Program-made: the position numbers and the translations under genes
NCBI RefSeq assembly: GCF_004010195.1
Contig: NW_025213354.1
Coordinates: 1 to 32,367 of the forward strand
Length of the DNA: 32,367 bases
Source: Chiloscyllium plagiosum
Taxonomy: Eukaryota
Direction: 5' to 3'
Shown: positions 18,457 to 28,979 of the stretch, piece by piece
Position numbering within the stretch: the first letter of the stretch is position 1
How the letters are laid out: the number at the start of each line of letters is the position of its first letter
The notes under the pieces: model-generated
Databases searched by the model: none
The model's input: the letters and a program-made list of their open reading frames with translations, nothing else
Told to the model about the DNA's origin: nothing

Positions 18457-19943
18457 GTGTGTGCTCCCTCAGTACTGACTCTTTAACAGTGTGTGCTCCC
18501 TCAGTACTGACTCTTTAACAGTGTGTGCTCCCTCAGTACTGACTCTTTAACAGTGTGTGCTCCCTCAGTACTGACTCTTTAACAGTGTGTGCTCCCTCAG
18601 TACTGACTCTTTAACAGTGTGTGCTCCCTCAGTACTGACTCTTTAACAGTGTGTGCTCCCTCAGTACTGACTCTTTAACAGTGTGTGCTCCCTCAGTACT
18701 GACTCTTTAACAGTGTGTGCTCCCTCAGTACTGACTCTTTAACAGTGTGTGCTCCCTCAGTACTGACTCTTTAACAGTGTGTGCTCCCTCAGTACTGACT
18801 CTTTAACAGTGTGTGCTCCCTCAGTACTGACTCTTTAACAGTGTGTGCTCCCTCAGTACTGACTCTTTAACAGTGTGTGCTCCCTCAGTACTGACTCTTT
18901 AACAGTGTGTGCTCCCTCAGTACTGACTCTTTAACAGTGTGTGCTCCCTCAGTACTGACTCTTTAACAGTGTGTGCTCCCTCAGTACTGACTCTTGAACA
19001 GTGTGTGCTCCCTCAGTACTGACTCTTGAACAGTGTGTGCTCCCTCAGTACTGACTCTTGAACAGTGTGTGCTCCCTCAGTACTGACTCTTGAACAGTGT
19101 GTGCTCCCTCAGTACTGACTCTTTAACATTGTGTGCTCCCTCAGTACTGACTCTTTAACATTGTGTGCTCCCTCAGTACTGACTCTTTAACATTGTGTGC
19201 TCCCTCAGTACTGACTCTTTAACATTGTGTGCTCCCTCAGTACTGACTCTTTAACATTGTGTGCTCCCTCAGTACTGACTCTTTAACATTGTGTGCTCCC
19301 TCAGTACTGACTCTTTAACATTGTGTGCTCCCTCAGTACTGACTCTTTAACATTGTGTGCTCCCTCAGTACTGACTCTTTAACATTGTGTGCTCCCTCAG
19401 TACTGACTCTTTAACATTGTGTGCTCCCTCAGTACTGACTCTTTAACATTGTGTGCTCCCTCAGTACTGACTCTTTAACATTGTGTGCTCCCTCAGTACT
19501 GACTCTTTAACATTGTGTGCTCCCTCAGTACTGACTCTTTAACATTGTGTGCTCCCTCAGTACTGACTCTTTAACATTGTGTGCTCCCTCAGTACTGACT
19601 CTTTAACAGTATGTGCTCCCTCAGTCCTGACTCTTTAACAGTGCTGTGCTCCATCAGTCCTGACTCTTTAACAGTGCTGTGCTCCCTCAGTACTGACCCT
19701 TTAACAGTGCTGTGCTCCCTCAGTACTGACTCTTTAACAGTGCTGTGCTCCATCAGTACTGACTCTTTAACAGTGTGTGCTCCCTCAGTACTGACTCTTT
19801 AACAGTGTGTGCTCCCTCAGTGCTGACTCTTTAACAGTGCTGTGCTCCCTCAGTACTGACTCTTTAACAGTGTGTGCTCCCTCAGTACTGACTCTTTAAC
19901 AGCGCTGTGCTCCCTCAGTACTGACTCTCCAACGGTGCTGTGC
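18457..19943. repeat. Minisatellite, about 46 copies of a 32-bp unit GTGTGTGCTCCCTCAGTACTGACTCTTTAACA (33-bp variants at the right end)
   Basis: Exact 32-bp period with no spacers. The unit contains the palindrome TCAGTACTGA. Confidence 0.99.
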
Positions 19944-20610
19944 ACCTTTCTAATCTTCAGGTCTTCCTCAATGGTCTCCCTCCTTGAATGTGAGTCTGCC
20001 CTTCAAATTGTGCAACATCGCCTTCCTACTGTCCTCTGTAAATGCGGAGTTGCCTATGAAATGACCCTCCAACAATCCATGCTCCCTCAGTTTTGCCTCT
20101 TTAAGCATACAGCACACCCTCAGTTCTGGCTGAGATGTTGTCCCTTGTATGTGCTCATGTCTCTGACTACACACTGTTTTCACTTAAAAGCTTGATCTCT
20201 CCTGACTGAGACAGAGCTGACACCAAGTTAGGGCCTTTTATTTCTTTGATTTTATTTGTTTGTTTGCTTTATTTATTGTCACGAGTAATTTGTTATAATG
20301 CGTGATTGACAGATTTAGGAGGTTGTCACTCGGCTTTTTACTGAATACATATGTTTGTATTTTAAAGTTGTTGCTGTTTGCTACTTCATTTCGTTATGAA
20401 TTCTCAAAATATTTTCCCTTCTCAGTGTTGTTTAATGTGATGCTGTATAACTCGATAAGATTGTGAACAAAGTTATGCAAACATGGGTAAATTTCTGTTG
20501 TTTAAAATAATTACCACCCTGGAGTTCTGATGTTCTTCCTGGTCTCTTCCTGAAGAATCGCTTTGGCATCAGGTTGAGGTGTGTCATTGTGATTATAGGG
20601 TGTTAGCGAT

Positions 20611-21131
20611 GTTTGAGAAGATTTGAAGCCCAGGTTAATGGTAAGTATGTAAGTTTGCTCGCAGTGCTTGAAGGTTAGTTTTCAGATGTTTCGTCACCAT
20701 AATAAGTAACATCATCAGTGAGAGTCTCCAGTCTCACCTCTCGATTTATAGGTCTTGGTTTCTTAAAGGTGGGTGATGTCATTTCTGGTTCTTTTTTTCA
20801 AGAGAAGATTGATAGGATCTAAATCGATGTGTTTATTGATGGAGTTCTGGTTAGAATGTCATGCCTCTAAGATTTCTTGTGCGTGTCTTTGTTTCGCCTG
20901 TCCTGGGATGTGTGTGCTGTTCCAGTCAAACTGGTGTCCTTCTTTGTCTGTATGGAAACTAGTGAGAGTGGGTCATGTCTTTTGGTGGCTAGTTGGTGTT
21001 CATGTATCATGATGGCAAGTTTCCTGCCAGTTTGTCTAATGTAGTGTTTTTTTTACAGTTCTTGTATGGTACTTTGTAAGTTTTTCCTGTAGTATCTAAT
21101 GGATCCTTTTAGTTCATGGGTTGCTGTTTAA
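20611..21131 (-). mobile_element. Penelope-like element 3' portion: GIY-YIG endonuclease pseudogene and terminus with hammerhead
   Basis: Reverse complement gives KHYIRQTGRKLAIMIHEHQLATKRHDPLSLVS..FDWNSTHI..EILEA*HSNQNSINKHIDLDPI. The terminus resembles 2855-2885. Confidence 0.88.
20682..20721 (-). ncRNA. Hammerhead ribozyme motif, partly degenerate
   Basis: Reverse complement reads TCA-CTGATGA-T-GTTACT-TATTAT-GGTGAC-GAAAC-ATC-TGA. Stem I is TCA/TGA and stem II is 6 bp with GU pairs; the stem III palindrome is broken (ATC). Confidence 0.5.
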
Positions 21132-21163
21132 TTACAGGGTGTCTACAAACCCGAGTCAGGGCT

Positions 21164-21420
21164 GGTGGTGGCAATGTCCTGGTGTTGGTACTGGGATAGT
21201 AATCCAGAGACCCGAATGGCAGCTGGAGAAACTTGAATTCACTAAAACTCTGGAATCAACCTGATGGTGATAATCTCTATGTTATAATACCCATCAGGTT
21301 TATCTGATCTAAACGTAACTCGAAACCTACCATGTGGATGGCCCTGTACTGCTCTCTGAGAAGTAGAGATGGACAATAAATGCTTCCTTAGCCAATGTTG
21401 CCCACATAACAAAAACAAAT
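21164..21420 (+). mobile_element. Degenerate SINE of another family
   Basis: tagtaatccagagaccc..atggcagctgg..tctggaat..gatggacaataaatgct..gcccacat, recognised from recalled shark interspersed repeats. Confidence 0.5.
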
Positions 21421-21557
21421 TCCTGTCATTGATATCAAACTTTATGGGATTGTATATAGAATTTGCAAAGAGCGATTTTAGTCCCCTTTACACTAGTCTG
21501 TGTGCATTGTATAAGGTTTCATCTTACAGATACTTTAAATTAACCTATGCAGGCACA

Positions 21558-23308
21558 TCATCAAAGAGAACATGCTAGAAGAACTGAAAGGTCTGAAGGT
21601 GGATAAATCACCTGGACCAGATGGACTACACCCCAGTGTTCTGAAGGAGGCAGCTGAAGAAATAGTGGGGGTATTGTATCAAAATACACGAGTATCACAC
21701 TTTTTATCAAAATACTTAGTGGTGATCTTCCAGGAATCACTGGAATCAGGGAGGGTTCCAGAGGACTGGAAATTTACTGATGTAACCCCCCTGTTTAAAA
21801 AGGGAGTAAGGCAAAAAATGGGAAATTACATGATAATTAGCGTGACCTTGGTTATTTAGCCTGACCTTGGTTATTTAGCCTGACCTTGATTATTTAGCCT
21901 GACCTTGGTTATTTAGCCTGACCTTGATTATTTAGCCTGACCTTGGTTATTTAGCGTGACCTTCGTTATTTAGCCTGACCTTGGTTATTGGTAAGATTTG
22001 GAGTCCATTGTGAAGGATGAGATTTCTAAAAACTCGAAAGTGCATGGTAAAATAGGGCAAAGTCAGCATGGTTTCATCAAAGGGAGACATTGCCTGACAA
22101 ATCTGTTAGCATTCTTTGAGGAGGTCCAATGGATGTTATCTACATGAACGTCAAGAAGGCCTTTGACAAGGTGCCAAACAGGAGGCTACTGAGTAAGATA
22201 AGGGTCCATGATGTTAGAGATAAGGTGCTAGCATGGATAGAAGCTTGGCTATCTGGTAGAAAGCTGAGGGTGAGGATAAAAGGGTCCTTCTCAGGATGGT
22301 GGCCAGTGACAAGTGATGTTCTGCAAGGGTCAGTGTTGGGACCATAACGTTTCATTTTATACATTACCGATCTAGATGAAGGAACTGAGGGCATTCTGGC
22401 TAAGTTTGCAGAGGATACAAAGATAGGTAGAGGGACAGGTAGCGTTAAGGAGGCAGGGAGGCTGCAGAAGGATATGGACAGGTTAGGAGAGTGGGCAAAG
22501 AAGTGGCAGATGGAGTACAACATGGGAAAGTATGAGGTCATGCAGTTTGGTAGGAAGAATAGAGGCATGGACTGTTTTCTAAATGGAGAGAACATTCAGA
22601 AATCTAAAGGGCAAAGAGACTTGTGTGCTCTAGTCCAGGATTCTCTCAAGGTAAACTTGCAGGTTGAGTTAGTAGTTAGGAAGGCAAATGCAATGTTGGC
22701 ATTTATTTCAAGAGGATGAGAATATTAAAGCATGAACATACTTCTGAGACTTTATAAGGCTCTGGTCAGACCACATTTAGAGTATTGTGTGCAGTTTTAG
22801 GCCCCATATCTCAGAAAGGATACACTGGCCCTGGAGTGGGTCCAGAGGGGTTCATGAGAATGATCCCAGACAAGAAAGGTTTCACACATGAGGAATGCTT
22901 GAGGACTCTGGGTCTATACTCAATGGAGTTTAGAAGGATGGTGGGGGATCTAATTGAAACTTACAGATTACTGAATGGTCTGGAGAGAGTGGAAGTTGGG
23001 AAGATGTTTCCATTGGTAGAAGAGATTAGAGTAAAGGGAAGACCTTTTAGAATGGAGATAAAGAGAAACTTCTTCAAGCAGAGAGTGGTGAATCTGTGGA
23101 ATTCATTGCCGCAGAACTCTGTGGAGGCCAGGTCATTGAGTCTATTTAAGACGGAGATAGACAGTTCTTGGGTATCGAGGGGATCAAGGGTTACGGAGAG
23201 AAAGTGGGAGAATGGGTTTGAGAAACCTATCAGCCACTATTGAATGGCAGAGCTGACTCAATGGGCTGAATGGCCTAATTTCTGTTCCAATAGTCTTATG
23301 GTCTTATG
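21558..23308 (+). mobile_element. 5'-truncated CR1 LINE: RT pseudogene through the 3' UTR
   Basis: LKVDKSPGPDGLHP, VPEDWK..VTPLFKKG, KAFDKVP, QGSVLGP, KFAEDTK (YADD-type motif mutated, about 22402), LYKALVRPHLEYCVQF and RVVNLWNSLP. Ends in (TCTTATGG)n. Contains stops, frameshifts and internal insertions. Confidence 0.97.
21837..21988. repeat. 8 x 19-bp tandem repeat TTAGCCTGACCTTGGTTAT inside the CR1 RT
   Basis: Units start at 21837+19n (n=0-7), with a few substitutions. Confidence 0.97.
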
Positions 23309-23381
23309 TTCGGCAGGAAGGAGATGAACCCAGACCTTTTGGCTTGGAATTGGGCACAGTACTGCCATGCCACAAGAACCT
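23309..23381 (-). mobile_element. tRNA-derived SINE head fragment
   Basis: Reverse complement GGTTCTTGTGGCATGGCAGTACTGTGCCC..AAGGTCTGGGTTCATCTCC has degenerate A/B boxes. Confidence 0.4.
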
Positions 23382-25370
23382 TCAGATGGCTTTTGTAAAA
23401 TTGTCTTGAATATTATCCTTCTCTTGCCATCATGTCGTTTAGTTTATCATCAGAAATTGATCTGAAATGAACAATCCAGAGATGTTAGAAAAGCTCGGAA
23501 ACAAAGTGGGCTAGTGATCTAATTTGGGGAAATGGTTATGCCACATTTGGTGTTAAAAATTGGCGAGCAGAGGAGGAAACACAACCTCAGGGAAAAAGGA
23601 GTTATATATTTTTCCTATTTGTTAAATAACGAGTTGGGATATAAAAAAAAGGCCATTAATAAAATCAGACTTTGTGGTGTACATGAGAATTCATTATTGC
23701 TTTATTCCAGTCCCATAGCAGTCTAATGTCAAATGTTTCATCGACTGAAATTTCAATCCTTGCTAGAGTGTCACGTCAGCACTGAACTTTTTCATTCCAC
23801 AACATTTAATGGACTCTGCGTTGCTCATTGCTTTTAAAACCTGAAAGAATGATAAGAGGTTATGTATGCAAATATATGCAAACATATGCTCAAATAAACA
23901 GCCTTAAATACAGTTCTGTCCCAGGATCATTGAAGAAGAAATTGATCTCCCACAGGATAGTATAATTCAATACAAATGGATGGTTTTGTTTAAGTACATT
24001 TTAATTCATGTTACTAACACCAGGAATAAATCTGTCAGGGTACACTATACACTTAAAAGCTTCTAATTCCTTCATTGCAGAAATTTAATTGAAAAAGAAA
24101 TAGTATCAGAAATGTTCGAAAAATAAATAGCATGTTTTATTCTTTGCATTGCTTCGTTCCCAGGCTTTGATGGCAAGCTCATTATACCTGAAAAGGGAAC
24201 GGTGATTGGTCTTGTTGAGCTACTGCGATTGGCACAATGTTAGTACGTCCACACAGCTGGACCACCAACCCTCATTTTTAAAATGAGTCAACAGCCATGC
24301 ATTCCCCAGTCTGAATGGTTTGTCTCTTGAAGGAAACTTGGAGATCGTGATGTTGTAAATGAGCTTTCTTGGTGTAAAAGATTGGAAGGCAGGGCGCTGC
24401 TGTTAAAGCAGAACCAGGGATTAATTCTGCTGAGTTACTGAGTTGGAAGTTTCCTGTCCAGTGTCCTGCCCGCTTCCTTCTTGTGAACAAACTGCCTGCT
24501 GTACCTGAGACATTTGGCTGATTTTTATTAGGAATCAGATTTGCAGAAGTTTTGTGGAGCTTTTCTCTGTGTGAGGCCATACCGATATCCTGCTGCTCGC
24601 TTCCTTAGCTATACACAGCTTACGGCAGAAGGACTCACCAATGCTGGGGATCCTGGGATTTTCAGCGCCAGTTTAAATTCTGCCAGCCAGGAACTGCCCT
24701 TCACATGGTGCAGGTAGTGGGAGGGGGTTTTAACAGAAATACTTCTCAGGGTACATCAGTGGCATGGGCGATACTTCATTCCAGATACAAGTACTTTCAT
24801 ACACATCGTGCTATTTTGCATCAGTACCTGTCTGATCGATTATCATTGTAACCGCAGCTACAGGAATCAAACGACACAGACCACCCATCCTTCGTGTTAT
24901 CCCATATTAGAAACCTGTCAAAGGGAAGGTTACTCTTTCCCTCGTGTCTTGCCATTGTTCTATGAGGGAGCATTATAGGTTGGAAAGACTTCAAAAGCTT
25001 TAATGCAGTAGCAGAGAAGGAAAAGAAAAGTAAAATAGCTGTCACTGTTTCTATCAGCAACCAGGGGCCACTTGCCTTTCAAACAACAACCATCAATGAG
25101 TGACAAACTGCCAGGCTTTGTGTCTGCAGGAAGTAGCAAGACAACATGGAAATACTGTGAGCCTTTAACTTCTGAAAGAGGCGACAATGTGCAAAACCTT
25201 AACACAAGGCAGACATACCCTGAGCATCCAAGTTGACACAAAGTGAGCAAGGGTGAAGAGAGCAATCGAGAATCCCTGAGATGCACCCTGGTTGAATTCA
25301 GGAGGTGAGTGCTGTTCATTGAAAGCTGTAGGTGCACACTGGAGTGCAGCATTAAAGTGCAGAACTATAT

Positions 25371-27427
25371 TAGAACATAGAAGGTAGAACATTACAGCAC
25401 AGTACAGGCCCTTCGGCCCTCGATGTTGCGCCACGCTGTCATACTAATCTGAAGCCCGACCCATCTACACTATTCCATGTCCATACGCTTGTCCAATGAC
25501 GACTTAAATGTACTTAAAGTTGGCGAATCTACGACTGTTGCAGGCAAAGCATTTCATACACTTATGACTCTCTGAGTAAAGAAACTATCTCTGACATCTG
25601 TCCTATATCTATCACCCCTCAATTTAAAGCTGTACCCCCTCGTGCTCGCCAATACCATACTTGGAAAAAGGGTCTCCCTGTCCACCCTATCTAACCCTCT
25701 GATTATCTTATATGTCTCTATTAAGTCACCTAGGAGAAAGTGAGGACTGCAGATGCTGGGGATCAGAGCTTAAAAATGTGTTGCTGGAAAAGCGCAGCAG
25801 GTCAGGCAGCATCAAAGGAGAAGGAGAATCGACGTTTCGGGCATAAGTCCAAAACGTCGATTCTCCTTCTCCTTTGATGCTGCCTGACCTGCTGCGCTTT
25901 TCCAGCAACACATTTTTAAGCTCTATTAAGTCACCTCTCAACCTTCTTCTCTCTAACAAAAACATCCTCAAGTCCCTCAGCCTTTCCTCGTAAGACCTCC
26001 CCTTCATACCAGATAACATCCTAGTAAATCTCTTCTGCACCCTTTCCAAAGCTTCCACATCCTTCTTATAATGCGGTGACCAGAACTGTACACAATACTC
26101 CAAGTGTGGCCGTACCAGAGTTTTGTACAGCTGCAGCATAACCTCATGGTTCCGGAACTCGATCCCTCTATTAATAAAAGCTAAAACACTGTATGCCTTC
26201 TTAACAACCCTGTCAATCTGGGTGGCAACTTTCAAGGATCTGTGTACCCGACCTTAGTGTCGTTTGCAAATTTACTAACCCACCCTTCTACACCCTCCCC
26301 TCATCCAGGTCATTTATAAAAATGACGAACAGCAGTGGACCCAACACCGACCCTTGCAGTACACCACTGGTAACTGGACTCCAGGATGAACATTTCCCAT
26401 CAACCACCACCCTCTTCTTCTTTCAGCAAGCCAATTACTGATCCAAACTGCTATATGTCCCACAATCCCATTCCTCCGCATTTTGTACAATAGCCTACTG
26501 GAGGGAACCTTATCGAGCGCCTTGCTGAAATCCATATACACCACATCAACCAGTTTACTCCCATCTACCTGTTTGGTCACCTTCTCAAAGAACTCAATAA
26601 GATTTGTGAGGCACAACCTACCCTTCACAAAACCGTGCTGACTATCCCTAATCAAATTATTCTTTTCTAGATGATTATAAATCCTATCTCTTATAACCTT
26701 TTCCAACACTTTACCAACAACTGAAGTAAGACTCACTGATCTATAGTTACCAGGGTTGTCTCTACTCCCCTTCTTGAACAGGGGAACCACATTTGCTACC
26801 CTCCAGTCTTCTGGCACTATTCCTGTAGACAATGACGATTTAAAGATCAATGTCAAAGGCTCGGCAACCTCCTCCCTGGCTTCCCAGAGGATCCTAGGAT
26901 AAATTCCATCCGGCCCAGGGGACTTATCTATTTTCACACTCTGCAGGATTTCTAATACCTCTTCCTTGTGAACCTCAATCCCACCTAGTCTAGTAGCCTG
27001 TATCTCAGTATTCTTCTTGACAGCATTGTCATTTTAAAGAGTGAATACTATCGAAAAATATTCATTTAGTGCTTCCCGTATCTCCTCTGACTCCACACAC
27101 AACTTCCTTGATTGGCCCTAATCTTACTCTCGTCATTCTTTTATTCCTTAAATACCTATAGAAAGCCTTAGGGTTTACCCTCATCCTATCTGCCAACAAC
27201 TTCTCATGTCTCCTCCTGGCTCTTCTGAGCTCACTCTTTAGGTCTTTCCTGGCTACCTTGTAACCCTCAAGCGCCCTAACTGAGCCTTCACATCTCATCC
27301 TAACATAAGCCTTCTTCTTCCTCTTGACTAGAGATTCCACTTCCTTCGTAAACCACGGCTCCAGCGCTCCACAGCCCCCTCTCTGCCTGACAGGTACATA
27401 CGTATCTCGGACACTCAGGAGCTTCCA
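25371..27427 (-). mobile_element. 5'-truncated CR1/HER1-type LINE ORF2 pseudogene with 3' tail, an internal deletion near 26250 and a nested PLE insertion
   Basis: ORFs 27062..27340, 26314..26937 (KIDKSPGPDGIYPR..VPEDWRVANVVPLFKKG..QHGFVKGR..DFSKALDKVP) and 25726..26235 (LYKTLVRPHLEYCVQFWSPH). The catalytic motif reads FANDTK at about 26253-26270. The tail is (TTCTATG)n-like. Confidence 0.97.
25732..25920 (-). mobile_element. Miniature fold-back PLE-derived insertion: perfect 73-bp inverted arms (25765-25837 and 25852-25924) with a 16-bp TSD
   Basis: The arms are exact reverse complements around a 14-nt loop. CTCTATTAAGTCACCT occurs at 25716-25731 and 25921-25936. The sequence is homologous to the termini of the 11617-13738 element. 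Confidence 0.93.
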
Positions 27428-28979
27428 TTTTGCGTTTTTCCAGCATTCTCTACATTTGTTTCAGACTTCCAACATTTTGTTTTTATGTGAGTATTTAATT
27501 CAAAATGGATTCATGTACAAAGATTACATCTGTATCAATGTTCACACCCTTTCATTGGAAAAGATACATTTTAACTGCCCTTTTGCTACAGTCAGACATA
27601 AAATAGAAGTTGATTCCCTTGTAACAGTCGCATTCCCAGAATCTGGACTGTGAAAAGTATTTGATTTTGTGCAAGCAAAAGAAAATTTATGTCATATTAA
27701 AATTGTAAAATGCCACAGTTCCAAGGGGATTCATTGGAAAGTATTGTTTTACTACTCTCTACTAAACATGCCAAATCTTATATTTCATTCCTGTGTTGTG
27801 ACTTATTGCTTTAAGACATGTTTTAATAACTTACCTTTGTGCATTACGTGATTTCCTAGCCTAATTTGAAATCCTGGGTTTTCCAAAGGCTTACATTTCT
27901 TGAGCCATAAAAGAAACCAAGGCATTCAAATTCAAAATGTACACGGCAGACTGAATGAAGCTTTCCCAACAATAGAAAGTTTGAAAATGAAACATAACTT
28001 TCTTGATTAATATGGGGATATCAATGTTAATTTTGCTCACAAAATTAAGAAGTACTGCTTCATCTTTCTTATTCATTTTGCAGGGTCTCATAAATGCTGT
28101 CCTTATTCCATGCAGAGGAATTCCCACTCATTGCAGTCACAATGGACATTCCAGTATTTATCTCTCCCTCAGTTTCCCACTCTCTTTCCCTTTCTCATGA
28201 CTGAAACGTTAACAAGGAAATTAATGTGCTCGCCACTTGCTCATAATTCCAAAATTCCAAATCAGCGTTTTGAAACTTTCGGAGAATTGTCCTTCTGCAA
28301 ATAGAGGCCACACTCAGAGCTTGTGAAATTGACAAACACAGGCTTATTCCTCATGATGTGGTGGGAAGAGAAGTTGACAGGACTGGTATAGAACCGACAC
28401 TCTGCACAGTGAAGTCAAGGATTCTCTTCCCTGAGCTGCAGACACAGACAGTCTTACAGTAGTGTCACAGTAGTGTAGTGTTAATTGCAAGACAGTATGA
28501 ACTAAATTACACTCAATGGAAAACAATTGGCTGTCTGGTTGTAGCAATTAGATAATAATTGTAACAGGAGGTTCCGTTTCTCTGCTAAAGCAGGTGCTAA
28601 TATCCAGTTTCCTGGTTTCAGTGAGTCTGCAGGGTGGTGTGCATTCTCATCAGGTGACACTCAGCCTTGGTAGGCTTTGTGGGGCTTCAGTACCTGAGGG
28701 AACTGAGGAGGCCCTTGGCGCTGCAGGAGTGGTGATGCTGTTGTGAGGTAGGAAGTCTGTTATCCAATCATCTAAGGAGTGTATTCCTTCAGTCTGCAAG
28801 CTGTTTAGATAATGTCTTGTTTTGTCGTTTAGCTCCTGAGCTGGTTGTGGTCAGGTTGAGGTATTATGGGTATGCTGTGTTTCGCCAAGAACAAACATGG
28901 TTTCTGTAAAAAGCAGTGGGCAGGCAGAGTGGTTTATTTTTCTACCACAAGAAACAGTCCCAAAAATAACTTGAACTGA

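Noticed and set aside
18457..19943. CRISPR array (32-bp repeat with internal palindrome)
   Set aside because: The units are head-to-tail with no unique spacers, there are no cas genes, and the context is eukaryotic.
19611..20195. Repetitive ORFs (LCSLSTDSLTV)n
   Set aside because: They are a by-product of the 33-bp minisatellite units being a multiple of three.
24205..24233. Two ATTGG (reverse CCAAT) boxes as a promoter
   Set aside because: There is no CpG island, TATA box or downstream gene to support it; such pentamers are expected by chance.
25129..25304. Plus-strand exon candidate (TCTGCAG| ... GAG|GTGAGT) with a downstream acceptor at about 28083
   Set aside because: All three frames contain stops, so it is not coding. 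A non-coding exon cannot be supported without expression data.
26314..26937. Longest ORF (207 aa) as a functional gene
   Set aside because: It is a CR1 RT fragment that frameshifts before the catalytic motif, which is itself mutated (FANDTK) and followed by a deletion.
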